Below are positions 38,833 through 49,127 of a stretch of 64,000 nt of DNA, in pieces. The stretch spans positions 1,798 to 65,797 of the forward strand of contig JBEKHT010000006.1 of the NCBI GenBank assembly GCA_050012135.1, given 5' to 3'. The position numbers and the translations under genes were made by a program. Origin of the DNA: Anaerolineales bacterium. GTDB taxonomy: Bacteria; Chloroflexota; Anaerolineae; Anaerolineales; RBG-16-64-43. The number at the start of each line of letters is the position of its first letter. Positions within the stretch are counted from its first letter, which is position 1. The notes beneath the pieces were generated by a model. It did not search any database. It was not told where the DNA came from and saw only the letters and a program-made list of their open reading frames with translations.

Positions 38833-40122
38833 ATGACATTGCGGTTTCCAAATCTCTCCCTTGCCCCTGCCGAGGCCACGCCAAAGCAGAAACAAAACTT
38901 CCTCCTCGTCCAGTTTGATGCTGTGGGCGTTGGTTTGGCGAGCGCGGCGGCACCCTTCCTGCCTGTCTTCCTCGCCCGCCTGGGGGCCTCCAACTTGCAG
39001 GTGGGCCTGCTCACCTCGATGCCCGCAATCACCGGGCTCTTGCTTGGAATTGCGGCCGGGCACTTCCTTCAGCAGCAGCGGAATTCGACTCGCTGGTACG
39101 GCCTCACCCGCCTGCTATCCACGATGGGCTATGCCGCCACGGGGGTCTTGCCCTTTCTCGTGCCACGTGAGTACGTGGTCTTGGCCGTTCTCGGGGTCTG
39201 GGCGGTCGTGACCCTGCCTCAGACGGTGGTCAGCGTGGCATTCAACGTGGTCATGAATGCCGTCGCGGGTTCGCGCGGAAGATACGACTTGATGAGTCGG
39301 CGCTGGTCTATCCTCGGCCTGACCACGACCCTTGGAATTGCTGGCGTGGGAGGGCTGCTCGATCGGATCGGCTTCCCGTTCAACTACCAGCTGGCCTTCC
39401 TCTTGCTGTCGATTGGGGGTCTGGTCAGTTATTACTTCTCGGTCCGGATCGAGCTCGAGGAACCCCCCAGACAGCCTTCGCCCAGGGAGCGCACAGGCCT
39501 ACGAAGCCGCCTCCGCAATTTGTTCTCTTTGGTGAAAGGAGAACAGGCATTTGTTCAGTTCAACGTGCGGCGCTTCGTATACTTGTGTGGGACCGCCTTG
39601 GCCACCCCCCTTTTCCCCCTGTACTATGTTCGCACTGTACGGGCTAGCGACGCGTGGATCGGTGTGATCAACACGGCCCAGTCCGCCGTTCTGTTTGTGG
39701 CTTACTTGTATTGGGCTCGCCAGTCGCGCAGTAGGGGTACGCGCTTCGTGCTGCTGGTCACCTCTCTTGCTCTCGCGGTCTATCCGGCCTTGACGGCCTT
39801 GACGGTAAACGTGGCCCTCGTGGCGGCCTACGCCGGTCTCTCCGGGGTGTTTCAAGCCGGACAGGACCTGGTCTTTTTCGATGAATTGATGTCGACCGTT
39901 CCATTCGAACACGCCCCCACCTTCGTTGCCGTCGCGCAGACCCTGCAGTACGTGGCCACGTTCCTCGGCCCCATCGCCGGCACGGCCCTTTCCGAGTGGA
40001 TCGGCATTGGTGGAGGTTTGTGGGTGAGCTCGGGGCTGCGCCTGGTGGGGTTCGGCCTCCTGGCCCTGGGAAGCTGGCGCGTTCCGGTCCGCGCTGCGGC
40101 CCAAGCCAGCAAGAACGGATGA
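38833..40122 (+). CDS. MFS transporter
   Basis: About 12 hydrophobic segments in two halves with a central polar loop; FLARLGAS..VGLL N-terminal pattern. Confidence 0.82.
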   Translation: MTLRFPNLSLAPAEATPKQKQNFLLVQFDAVGVGLASAAAPFLPVFLARLGASNLQVGLLTSMPAITGLLLGIAAGHFLQQQRNSTRWYGLTRLLSTMGYAATGVLPFLVPREYVVLAVLGVWAVVTLPQTVVSVAFNVVMNAVAGSRGRYDLMSRRWSILGLTTTLGIAGVGGLLDRIGFPFNYQLAFLLLSIGGLVSYYFSVRIELEEPPRQPSPRERTGLRSRLRNLFSLVKGEQAFVQFNVRRFVYLCGTALATPLFPLYYVRTVRASDAWIGVINTAQSAVLFVAYLYWARQSRSRGTRFVLLVTSLALAVYPALTALTVNVALVAAYAGLSGVFQAGQDLVFFDELMSTVPFEHAPTFVAVAQTLQYVATFLGPIAGTALSEWIGIGGGLWVSSGLRLVGFGLLALGSWRVPVRAAAQASKNG

Positions 40123-40324
40123 CACCCACGGGGGCGGGATTCGACCCCCCAGGACCTGGGTCCTCTGGGGCAGGGAGGCGGCCCAACGGACAGACGCTGG
40201 ATTGGTAATCCATTGAGATCGCGCCACGTTGCGTTGGTCTGCTGCCCAGGGGGAGCGGCGTGGGAGGGAGCCGGCAACCATCGACACCGGCCGTGGACCT
40301 GCCGGTCGACGACGAGTTCCTGGA

Positions 40325-40882
40325 TCAGCAGGCGTCCTGAGGCTCAGAGCGGCCTGCGCCTGGCTGGCTCTCCCCTCCGGAATCTCCAGGCTCGCTTGAG
40401 GGACTCCTGGGCAATAGTTGTTGAAGCAGACTCTGCAGCAAGTCGATGGCCGCCTCGACCGGAGGGCTCAGGGAGGCGCCGACGGCGGTCGCCAGGGGCT
40501 GCACTCCCAGGAGAAAAACTTCCGCGTGGGTCTCGCTCTGGATGAAACGGGCAGAGAGGCTTAGGCTGGCACTGTGCGTGGACAGACCCGTCCCGCCGAG
40601 GTTGTCCGCTTCAACGATCGCCATATCCCCGGGCTGGAGGCCCAATTCCACCGCATCGACGATCATGACCACTTGGGGTTCGGCGGCCACGATCGTGCCC
40701 AGATAGTTCTCGGGGACCTCTTCCGCATTTATGACCGTCGCGCGCACATTGGCCTGCAACCGCCTCGCCAGGGAGGGTCCGAAGCCGTCGTCACCTCGCA
40801 ATGGGTTGCCGACACCCAAGATCACGGCCTTCCTGGCCTCGAGCCTGTTGCGCAGGGCTTCCAATATGCCGATGCCGGACAT
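40325..40882 (-). CDS. hycI: Hydrogenase maturation protease (HycI-like)
   Basis: GVGNPLRGDDGFG, VPEN, IVDA and STH motifs; last gene of the hydrogenase operon. Confidence 0.88.
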   Translation of the reverse strand: MSGIGILEALRNRLEARKAVILGVGNPLRGDDGFGPSLARRLQANVRATVINAEEVPENYLGTIVAAEPQVVMIVDAVELGLQPGDMAIVEADNLGGTGLSTHSASLSLSARFIQSETHAEVFLLGVQPLATAVGASLSPPVEAAIDLLQSLLQQLLPRSPSSEPGDSGGESQPGAGRSEPQDAC

Positions 40883-41072
40883 GCCTTTGTGGAAAGAAGC
40901 GAACAGGGAAGATCCGCGAATCTCAACGGCTACAACCCTCTCGATCGCATTGATCGACCGATCGAGGCGGACCCAAAGGGTGGCCTTTAGTTTCTCAACC
41001 TCCCCCGAACGTTTAACCGCCACTGCGGAGAGGCTCTGACGGGACCCACGGCTTGCGGGGATCGAGGGCCGG

Positions 41073-43472
41073 TCAGTCGCCCGTGTGCAAGAAGGATCTC
41101 AACGGCCGCAGGAAATACCCCAGGGTCAGAATGGCGGCGGCCGCAATCATCACGGAGTACCAGGGGCTGATCTGTTCGACCGCCACCCCGATCAGGTACT
41201 TGCTGAAGAAGCTGCCGAAGGGCGGAAGGCCGGACAACCACAAGGCCGCGATCAGGAACGCCAGAACTCGTCCTGGCATTTGCCCTGCCAGACCGTCAAG
41301 GGCGTCAATCTCGGAGGTCCTTCGCGAACGGCGGATGGACCCGCAGCACAGGAAGAGGGCTGCGAAGGCGACCCCGGCGCAGACGAAGTGGGCCAAAGCC
41401 GCTGTCCACGAGATGGTGGCCCCCAGCAAGACAAAGCCCAGTTGGCTGCTGACGGCCAAACCCAGGAAATTCCGGAGATCGGTTTCGACCAGCGCGAGGA
41501 GCCCCCAGCCGAACATGCCCACGCAGGCGAGGATCCGGGCCGCCGTCAGAGGGCCCGGCTGCCCGGGCATCCGCCAGGACACGAAGAATCCCACCGCATA
41601 GGCGACCCACAGCGCGTAGGAGAGCAGCATCCCGGTGTTTAACACCCGCAGGATCTGCCCGATCCGCCGAAACAACTCAGGCAATATCTCTCGGTAGAAA
41701 CGAGCCAGCCCTTGGTCGATGTACCTGTAGAGTCCCCGGGAGGCCCAAGTCAACCCTCTGACCATGTAGCCGTAAAGGTCGAAAGCGCCCTGTTCGCCTC
41801 TCGCGTAGAGGGGTTTCAACCCTCCCAGCCGCCGGATCGGACCGTAGAACTGAGTGCCGGGCACCCGGTAGATCTCTGGGTCCAGGACCTCGCCTCCAAG
41901 GAAGACCTCCGTTTCCCTGCCTCGGCCCACGGCATAGAAAAGAAGGCCGACCAGAAGGCTGACGATGAGCAAGAGGGCGGCCAGCCCAGACTGCCAGACC
42001 CCTGGGATCACCGCCAGTTGCCCCGCCTGCCCCAGGATCGGGCGAATCAGCACGTTCACGGGCCACGCGTAGAAGACGCCGAACGTCACGCAGAGGACCG
42101 CCAGGACGACCAGCGGGATGACCATCGAAGCGCTGGATTCTTTCACGTGTTCCAAGCCCTTGGGTCGGTCTCCCCAGAACAGGGAATAGAGCATCTTCAT
42201 GAAGGAAGCCAGCGTCAGGGCCGATCCGAACATGGCGGCAAGCAGGAAGAGCGGGAAAAGCGGCCCGCCGCGGTCCAGGATGCCTTGATAGATCAGCCAT
42301 TTCGACACGAACCCATTGAAAGGGGGGACGCCCGAAATCGACAGCGCCGCCACTAGGCAGGCGGCAAAGGTCCACGGCATAGCCCCGGCCAGCCCGCCGA
42401 GCTGCGAGAATTCCGTCCTTCCCGTCTGACGTTCCACCGATCCACCGCAGAGGAACAGGCAGCACTTGTAGAGCGCATTGTTGAGCAGGTGGAACAGCCC
42501 ACCAATCACGCCGATGGGAACCCCGGTACCAATGCCCAGCACCATGTAACCCACCTGGGACACGGCGTGGAACGCCAGCATCTTGCGGAAATCATGTTGG
42601 ATGAGGGCCATGAGCAGGGCGGCCACGATCGAGATGGAGCCAAGGCCCATCAGAATCAAGCCCATGACCGGGGTCATCACAAAAAGATTGAGCGAGATCC
42701 GGGCCAGAAGGTAGATTCCGAGCAGCTTGTCCAAGGCAGCTGGCAGGTAGGCCATGGTCGGTATCGGGGCCGTCGTGGAGATCGCCGGAAGCCAGGAGTG
42801 CAAAGGCATGGCTCCTGCCTTGGCAAACGCACCGGCCAGGATGAGCACATAAGCCGTCACGGCGAGCCATCCGCTGAGAGGCAGGGGGGTGGCCGTGAGA
42901 TCGCTCAGAGTCAACGTGCCCGATGCCTTCCAGAGAAACGCGATCCCCATCAGGAGCGCCAGGTCAGCTGCTCCAATGAGCAGAAATGACTTGTTCGCGC
43001 CCTCGATCGCCTTCTCTCCTCCCATGGATACCATCCCATAGAGCAGCACCACCAAGACGTCCCAGAAGAGCAGCAGCACGATCAGATTGTTCGCCAGCGC
43101 CGCACCGGCCGTCATCCCCAGCGCCAGCAGCAGGTAGGCGTAGTGCTCGGCCCGCCGGGGATGATCGGCCATGTATTTCAGCGAGTAAAGCGTGATGAGA
43201 AGGGCAAAAAGAGAGGCGGCCAGGAGGATGAAACTTCCGAATGCGCCCGCCAGCAAATCGAATTGAACGGTCAGGTTGGATCCTATCCTGAGCCAGGGCA
43301 GGATGAGGCGCAGATTCCCGACGGAGAGGATGTAGGCGGAGAGCGCCAGAGTGATGGCCGTGCTGGCCAGGGTCAAGAGCTCCCGGATCCATCTTGCACG
43401 CTTCGGGAGCGCCAGGCAGGCGAGGCCGGCCAGGGTAGGAAGCACGATCGGAACCAGAAGAAAGCGATTCAT
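41073..43472 (-). CDS. Proton/sodium-translocating antiporter-like subunit (HyfB/NuoL family) with a C-terminal extension
   Basis: KAGAMPLHSWLP, AFHAVSQVGY and GVPPFNGFVSKW, plus a second GLPPFGSFFSK near the C-terminus; ATG at 43472. Confidence 0.88.
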   Translation of the reverse strand: MNRFLLVPIVLPTLAGLACLALPKRARWIRELLTLASTAITLALSAYILSVGNLRLILPWLRIGSNLTVQFDLLAGAFGSFILLAASLFALLITLYSLKYMADHPRRAEHYAYLLLALGMTAGAALANNLIVLLLFWDVLVVLLYGMVSMGGEKAIEGANKSFLLIGAADLALLMGIAFLWKASGTLTLSDLTATPLPLSGWLAVTAYVLILAGAFAKAGAMPLHSWLPAISTTAPIPTMAYLPAALDKLLGIYLLARISLNLFVMTPVMGLILMGLGSISIVAALLMALIQHDFRKMLAFHAVSQVGYMVLGIGTGVPIGVIGGLFHLLNNALYKCCLFLCGGSVERQTGRTEFSQLGGLAGAMPWTFAACLVAALSISGVPPFNGFVSKWLIYQGILDRGGPLFPLFLLAAMFGSALTLASFMKMLYSLFWGDRPKGLEHVKESSASMVIPLVVLAVLCVTFGVFYAWPVNVLIRPILGQAGQLAVIPGVWQSGLAALLLIVSLLVGLLFYAVGRGRETEVFLGGEVLDPEIYRVPGTQFYGPIRRLGGLKPLYARGEQGAFDLYGYMVRGLTWASRGLYRYIDQGLARFYREILPELFRRIGQILRVLNTGMLLSYALWVAYAVGFFVSWRMPGQPGPLTAARILACVGMFGWGLLALVETDLRNFLGLAVSSQLGFVLLGATISWTAALAHFVCAGVAFAALFLCCGSIRRSRRTSEIDALDGLAGQMPGRVLAFLIAALWLSGLPPFGSFFSKYLIGVAVEQISPWYSVMIAAAAILTLGYFLRPLRSFLHTGD

Positions 43473-43477
43473 GTCCC

Positions 43478-44890
43478 TTACCTCAGCATCTGCGACACGA
43501 CCCCATTCACCACGTTGAGCAGCGGCGCAGCGGCCAGGCCCAGGACCAGGGAGAGCCCGGCCAAGGTGGCGACCACGGCCAGCATGATGGGGGTTCCCTC
43601 CGTGATCTCGGGCCAACGTTCCGGCCCCAGGAACAACCCGTTGAAGAGCCTCAGGGTGTACAGCAGGCTGATCAATGCTCCCACAAGCGCCAGGATTGCC
43701 CAGACCATCCCCCCGCTCTGCACGACGCCGAGGATGATCATGAACTTGCCGAAGAAACCGGCCGTCGGGGGAAGACCGACGATGGTCAGGGCGCAAAGGA
43801 TGAAGGCCACGGCCGTGACCGGCATGCGCCTGATCAGGCCCCCGAGCTCTCGGATATCTCGGGTGTGAGTCCGGTGTTCAATAATGCCCACGCAAAGGAA
43901 CAACCCGGCCTTGGTCAGGCTGTGTGCCAGTAGGAAGACCAGCGCTCCGGCGATGCCCAAAGACGTCATGCTGGCCAGACCCAAGAGGACATAGGCGAGC
44001 TGGGCAATGGTCGAGTAGGCCAGAATGCGCTTGGCGTCATACTCGACCAGCGCCGCTGCGCCCGTGACCAAGATGGTGAGGACGGCCACGGCCGAAGCCA
44101 CGAGTTGCCAAGTGGGGGGCAGGCCGAGGGTCCCCACCATGACCCGCGCGAAGGCGAATACTCCAATCACCACCAGCACCGCGGCGTGGAGCAGAGCGGT
44201 CACTGTGGAGGGGGCCACCCCGGCCCCTGGCAACCAGACCTGAAGAGGCACCTGTGCGGACTTGGCGAGGATGCCTGCGAAGAGGAAAGTCATGGCCAGG
44301 TCGTTTACGGGATGGCCGCGCAGCGCCGCTAGGTCCAGCGTCCCAGTCTGGTGCCAGATCATTTCCAGTCCGGCCAGCATGACGAAGGAACCCGACACGG
44401 TGATCAGCAACGCGATGTCCGCGTTGCGCAAGTGCTCTCGCTTGCGGTAAAACCCGATCAGTCGCCAGGAGCAAATGGCTGTGATCTCCCAGAAGATGTA
44501 GATCAGCAGGAGGTTGGCCGAAAGCACCAATCCCATCATGGCGCCCAGGAACAGGACCACCAGGAAATAGTATTCTCCCTGGTGCTCATATTCCTTCATA
44601 TACCCCAGTGAGTACAGGATGATGAGCAGACCGATGAACGACGACGCGACGGCCACATAGACTCCCAGGCCATCGACGACGAAATTCAGGTTCAGCCCCG
44701 GGAGCAGGAATAGGCCGAGCGTCAGCGGCCGGGCTTCCCCCGCCAGTGGGATCAGCGCCAGGGCGCAAGCGAAAGTGGCCAGCGCAAGGAGCACCGCCAG
44801 CCCATTGCGCACGAAGGCGGAGATCCGGTTCGCGGCCAGAGCCACGAAGGAGCCAACAATCGGGATACTGAAAGTCGCGAGAGCGAGCAT
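43478..44890 (-). CDS. Antiporter-like membrane subunit (NuoL/MrpA/HyfD family)
   Basis: FWEITAICSW, AKSAQVPLQVWLP, KRILAYST and GLPPTAGFFGK. Confidence 0.88.
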   Translation of the reverse strand: MLALATFSIPIVGSFVALAANRISAFVRNGLAVLLALATFACALALIPLAGEARPLTLGLFLLPGLNLNFVVDGLGVYVAVASSFIGLLIILYSLGYMKEYEHQGEYYFLVVLFLGAMMGLVLSANLLLIYIFWEITAICSWRLIGFYRKREHLRNADIALLITVSGSFVMLAGLEMIWHQTGTLDLAALRGHPVNDLAMTFLFAGILAKSAQVPLQVWLPGAGVAPSTVTALLHAAVLVVIGVFAFARVMVGTLGLPPTWQLVASAVAVLTILVTGAAALVEYDAKRILAYSTIAQLAYVLLGLASMTSLGIAGALVFLLAHSLTKAGLFLCVGIIEHRTHTRDIRELGGLIRRMPVTAVAFILCALTIVGLPPTAGFFGKFMIILGVVQSGGMVWAILALVGALISLLYTLRLFNGLFLGPERWPEITEGTPIMLAVVATLAGLSLVLGLAAAPLLNVVNGVVSQMLR

Positions 44891-44900
44891 GGTTTATCCT

Positions 44901-45842
44901 TCACCATCCGACCAGCGCCAGGACTACGCCGGCGATTGCGACCAGAAGCAGATATCCCCAGAAGAGCCGCAGGGCCTGGTCCAGTTTCAGTCGGGCGTGG
45001 GTGATCTTCACGACGATGATGATAACCAGGACAGCCAAGAGCTTGAGCAGGAATCCTGCGATCGAAAGCGCTGTGGGGGTGGTCGCACCCAGAAAGAGGA
45101 TGACCATCAAGACGGGCAGACAAAAGAACATCATCGCCCGGGATAGTTTGAACAGCGCCAGCCCGCTGCCGGAGTACTCGGCCAGTGGTCCGCCGATCAA
45201 CTCTGTGTCGGCCTCCGCGATGTCAAAGGGCAAATAGCCGAGTTTTGCTATCAGGCTGTACATGGCAACGACGAAGGCAATGAAGCCCGAGACGCTGCCG
45301 AGGATGGCCCCATGCGCGCCTTGGTAGGCGACGATGTCGCTCAGGCGCACGGAGTGGACCTTGATCAGCACGGTGAAGATGGACAGAAGGAAAGCCAGCT
45401 CGTAGCTTAGGATCATGCTCAGTTCGCGCCCGGCGCCGATCGCCCCGAAGGGGCTGCGCGAAGAGGCACCCCCGATGACCAGCGCGATGGAGGGCAGAAC
45501 CATGAGGTAAAGCAGCACAATCAGATCTCCGACGAAATCCGATCCGGGGTGAAGGAGCGCCAGGAGAATAATCGCCGTGGCCAGTGTCGAGCCGGCCACG
45601 GCCAGGAGCGGGGCGGCGAGAAAACCGATCGCCTGGCTTCCGCGGGGGATGAACATTTTCTTGGCCAGCAGTTTGCCAATATCGGCATAGGGCTGGAACC
45701 AGGGCGGGCCAACGCGGCTCTGGACGATGGCAGTGACCTTGCGGTCCACCCAGGTCAGGAACAGGCCGACCGTTGATGCAAAGAGAAACCCCGGAAAGAC
45801 GATCGTATAGAAGACGCCGGTCAGTAGCTGTGTCCACTCCAT
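44901..45842 (-). CDS. Hydrogenase membrane subunit (HycD/HyfC/EchB, NuoH family)
   Basis: DRKVTAIVQSRVGPP and PFDIAEADTELIGGPLAEYSG. Confidence 0.9.
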   Translation of the reverse strand: MEWTQLLTGVFYTIVFPGFLFASTVGLFLTWVDRKVTAIVQSRVGPPWFQPYADIGKLLAKKMFIPRGSQAIGFLAAPLLAVAGSTLATAIILLALLHPGSDFVGDLIVLLYLMVLPSIALVIGGASSRSPFGAIGAGRELSMILSYELAFLLSIFTVLIKVHSVRLSDIVAYQGAHGAILGSVSGFIAFVVAMYSLIAKLGYLPFDIAEADTELIGGPLAEYSGSGLALFKLSRAMMFFCLPVLMVILFLGATTPTALSIAGFLLKLLAVLVIIIVVKITHARLKLDQALRLFWGYLLLVAIAGVVLALVGW

Positions 45843-45920
45843 AGGTCTTCCTTCGTGGGAATGAGCGCCCGCGTTCGTGGCGAAGTCATGACCGGATCTG
45901 CCGGAAGCCAGCGAGACGTC

Positions 45921-46376
45921 TCAAGCCTCTACATACGTCTGCGCTTCGACCTGCGCGGGAACCAACCCCAGTGCCTCGGCGACCCCGTAGAGAATTGCCT
46001 CTGGGCGGGGCGGGCAGCCCGGGATGTAGATATTCACGGGCAGGACCTTGTCCAGACCTCCACAAGTGGCGTAGCTGTCGAACCAGATTCCGCCGCCCGA
46101 CGCGCAGGTGCCCACGGCGATGACGAGCTTGGGATCGGGCACAGCCTCGTAGAGCCGGAGAAGTCGCTCCCGCACCTGGCGGGTGACGGGACCGGTGACC
46201 AAAAGGGCATCGGCGTGGCGGGGCGTGTGGACCAGCTTGATGCCGAACCGCTCGCAATCATAGTAGGGCGTCAGGACGTCCAGAATCTCGATGTCACACC
46301 CATTGCACGAGCCGGCATTCGCGTGATAGACCCAGATTGATTTCTTGAAGCACCAATTGAGAAGCCGGTTGGTCAT
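45921..46376 (-). CDS. Group 4 [NiFe]-hydrogenase small subunit (HycG/EchC, NuoB family)
   Basis: GSCNGCDIE, PRHAD, GTCA and IPGCPPRP; ATG at 46376. Confidence 0.92.
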   Translation of the reverse strand: MTNRLLNWCFKKSIWVYHANAGSCNGCDIEILDVLTPYYDCERFGIKLVHTPRHADALLVTGPVTRQVRERLLRLYEAVPDPKLVIAVGTCASGGGIWFDSYATCGGLDKVLPVNIYIPGCPPRPEAILYGVAEALGLVPAQVEAQTYVEA

Positions 46377-46378
46377 GA

Positions 46379-46912
46379 TCAGACTTCCTTTGCCAGCACC
46401 GCCTCCGCCATGGCACGGGTGCGCTTGCAATCCAGGCAGAGGTCCAGCCAGCTTACTTCCTGAGGGGATAATCCGAGCGGCTCGGGGAGTTTGTCCAACA
46501 CTTTTCTCGCCATGCGTTGCGTCTCGATGACCGCGCCGCACTCCCGGCAAGAGACCAGCCTGAGCTGCAAGGTGATGCGCAGATCCCGGAGCGAGGGCGC
46601 CGCCGTCTCGAATTGCTGAGACATGGTCAAGGCTTGCTCGGGACAGACATCCCGGCAGCGGGCGCAGTTGGTGCATCGGGCCAAATCAAACTCGAGGGTG
46701 CGGTAGCCGTCCCGGTCGGAGAGGGTGATCAGGCGCGGAGCGCAAGCGTTGGCACAGGCACCGCAGCCGATGCACTTCTGCATGTCCAGACGAGGCACGC
46801 CGCGGAAGCCGGGTTCCGGCGGGTGCGGCTGGAACGGATAGCCCAGGGTGACCTGACCGGCCCGCAGGCAAAATACAACCTCTTTCAATTCGCTAATGAC
46901 ATTCTCGAACAT
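46379..46912 (-). CDS. 4Fe-4S subunit (HycF/NuoI family)
   Basis: TLGYPF, CIGCGACANAC, CTNCARCRDVCP and an extra C-terminal CxxC...CxxC. Confidence 0.9.
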   Translation of the reverse strand: MFENVISELKEVVFCLRAGQVTLGYPFQPHPPEPGFRGVPRLDMQKCIGCGACANACAPRLITLSDRDGYRTLEFDLARCTNCARCRDVCPEQALTMSQQFETAAPSLRDLRITLQLRLVSCRECGAVIETQRMARKVLDKLPEPLGLSPQEVSWLDLCLDCKRTRAMAEAVLAKEV

Positions 46913-46914
46913 TG

Positions 46915-48582
46915 CTAGCGGAACCTCCCTCGGTACTGCTCGAGCAACTCCTCCTGGCGGTAGACCCGGGTCAGCCCCGATTGCTGGTCGATCACGGCGA
47001 CCCGCTCCGTGCACGAAAAGCAGGGATCGAGGCTGCCGATGGTAATCGGCGCGTCGGCAATCGTCATGCCTTGAAGCATCGTGGGGATGGCCTGCAGGTT
47101 GGCGTAGCTCGGCGCGCGCAGGCGCCAGCGGTAGGCCTGTTGACCGGTGCCGGTCAGCACGTAGTGATGCACCTCGCCCCGCGGGGCTTCCACCGAAGTC
47201 AACCCTTCTCGCTTGGGAGGGATGTCTTTGACCTCGGCCAGGATCGGCCCCTTCGGCATCCTGGCCAACACTTGGCGGACGATCTGGATGGATTCCATCA
47301 GTTCGCGGATGCGGACCATCGTCCGGGCCCAGTTATCGCCGCCCTCTTCGACGCACACCTGGAAGTCGAGCTCTCCGTAGGCGGCGTACGGGTGATCCGC
47401 GCGTGCGTCAATGGCAACTCCCGAGCCGCGCGCGGTCGGTCCCACAACGCAAATCGCCTGGGCCTCCTCGCGCGACAGGACCCCCGAGCCTTGCAGACGC
47501 GCCCGCAGCGAGCCGTCCCCGAGGATGGCATCCACCGCGGCCGTGGCCTCCTTTTCAATCTTGTCGATGACCGTGAGGAGGCGGGCCTCCGATCCCTCCG
47601 GTAGATCTCGCGACACCCCGCCGATTAGGTTCATGCCGTAGGTCTTGCGGTTGCCGGTGATGAATTCCATCAGCCACATCAAGGGTTCGCGGATCCGCCA
47701 GGTCTGCATGAACAAGGTGTCGAACCCGATGAAATGACAGGCCAACCCAGTCCAAAGGAGGTGGCTGTGGATGCGTTCCGCCTCGAGAAGCAGGGAGCGC
47801 AGATAGCGGGCTCGCGCGGGGACTTGGATTTCGGCTGCCACTTCGACCGCTTGACAGTAGCCCGTGCTGTGGACGAAACCGCAGATCCCGCAGATTCGCT
47901 CCGCCAGGAACGGCACCTGATTGTAGGTCAGCGCCGCCTCGCCCATCTTCTCGACCCCGCGATGGTTGAAGAATCCGCGGTAGTCCATACCGACGATTTG
48001 TTCCCCATTCACGAAGAGGTTGATGAAAACCGGTTCCTCTAGGGTCGGGAAGAAAGGGCCAATGGGCAGGACCGAGCTGTCTTCGGGCGGACGCCTCAGA
48101 TTGGGTCTTGCCTCGGGAACGGGTTCTGGGCGGCGGTTGTACGGGAAGTCTTTGCGCAGCGGGTAGAGGTCCTGAGGCCAATCGTCCGGGAGGACCAGTC
48201 GGCGGGGGTCGGGATGGCCCACGGGCTCCACTCCGATCATGTCCCGCACTTCTCGCTCCGACCAATTGGCCCCCGGAATGAGGGAGGTGATCGAGTCAAT
48301 GCGCGGGTCCGTCGGTTCCACCTCCGTCCGCAGACGCAAGAAGGTCTTGTCGCGATCGAGGCCGAAGATGTCAGAGACCTCGTAGCAGCCCGAGAGTCCG
48401 CGCTTGTCGGTCCCAGCGGATATGATGAACCGGCCACCCAGCTGGTCTCGGATGTATTGCGTGGCCTCGACCAGGTTGTCGCGTGAGACCGCGGCGAAGA
48501 TGATGTCCTCGGTCACCTGCTCGATGGTGACCTTTCCGCCCACTTCCCGGGTTATTCTCTCTGCGATCGGGTGCGATGACAT
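46915..48582 (-). CDS. Group 4 [NiFe]-hydrogenase large subunit (HycE-like, fused NuoC-NuoD type)
   Basis: Ni-binding L1 RICGIC and L2 DPCFSCTER followed by a cleavable C-terminal tail; N-terminal NuoC-like domain (GHPDPRRL). Confidence 0.93.
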   Translation of the reverse strand: MSSHPIAERITREVGGKVTIEQVTEDIIFAAVSRDNLVEATQYIRDQLGGRFIISAGTDKRGLSGCYEVSDIFGLDRDKTFLRLRTEVEPTDPRIDSITSLIPGANWSEREVRDMIGVEPVGHPDPRRLVLPDDWPQDLYPLRKDFPYNRRPEPVPEARPNLRRPPEDSSVLPIGPFFPTLEEPVFINLFVNGEQIVGMDYRGFFNHRGVEKMGEAALTYNQVPFLAERICGICGFVHSTGYCQAVEVAAEIQVPARARYLRSLLLEAERIHSHLLWTGLACHFIGFDTLFMQTWRIREPLMWLMEFITGNRKTYGMNLIGGVSRDLPEGSEARLLTVIDKIEKEATAAVDAILGDGSLRARLQGSGVLSREEAQAICVVGPTARGSGVAIDARADHPYAAYGELDFQVCVEEGGDNWARTMVRIRELMESIQIVRQVLARMPKGPILAEVKDIPPKREGLTSVEAPRGEVHHYVLTGTGQQAYRWRLRAPSYANLQAIPTMLQGMTIADAPITIGSLDPCFSCTERVAVIDQQSGLTRVYRQEELLEQYRGRFR

Positions 48583-48599
48583 CCGTCGACGATCTCCTT

Positions 48600-49127
48600 T
48601 CACCTGTGGGCAGTGGTGCTATTCCAATTCGGTGATAGCGTGACCAGTGTGCCCACTTCTCCCGCCGCGCGGCTGACCACCGTTCGGCCGGTTTTTCGAC
48701 GCGCTTGGGCGACGAGGTCATCAAAATCACCGAAAGCCAACGCTCTGGCTGAACAACTGGCAACGCAAGCTGGCTCCAATCCTGCTTCGGTGCGATGGAA
48801 GCAAAGATCGCACTTCCGGGCCACCTTGTTGGCCCGGTCGAACCAAATGGCTCCAAATGGACAGGCCAGCGTGCACAGCTTGCAGCCAATGCACTTCATC
48901 GCATCGAGCGTCACCGCGTCCGGGGTCTCGCGATGGACCGCCTGGGTGGGACAGACAAGCGTGCATGGGCTGTTCTCGCAATGGCGGCAGTTCATCGGCA
49001 CGGCGAAGGTTTCGTCGATGAGTTGCACAAACATTTGCGAGTGACCGTCGTGCTCGCGTTCGCAGGCCACCTCGCAGGCGCGGCAGTAGATGCAGCGGCT
49101 GAGGTCCATGTAAAGGACTCTAGTCAT
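48600..49127 (-). CDS. 4Fe-4S electron-transfer subunit (HycB/HydN/FdhB-like)
   Basis: CIYCRACEVAC, CRHCENSPCTLVCP, CIGCKLCTLACPFG and KCDLC. Confidence 0.92.
   Translation of the reverse strand: MTRVLYMDLSRCIYCRACEVACEREHDGHSQMFVQLIDETFAVPMNCRHCENSPCTLVCPTQAVHRETPDAVTLDAMKCIGCKLCTLACPFGAIWFDRANKVARKCDLCFHRTEAGLEPACVASCSARALAFGDFDDLVAQARRKTGRTVVSRAAGEVGTLVTLSPNWNSTTAHR

Noticed and set aside
40123-40170. tRNA-like GGGATTCGACCCC sequence, considered as an att-site duplicate of the tRNA-Glu 3' end that would bound the hydrogenase operon as an island
   Set aside because: Only a short gapped match to the tRNA-Glu end, no cloverleaf and no integrase in the window; better explained as a GC-rich hairpin between convergent genes.
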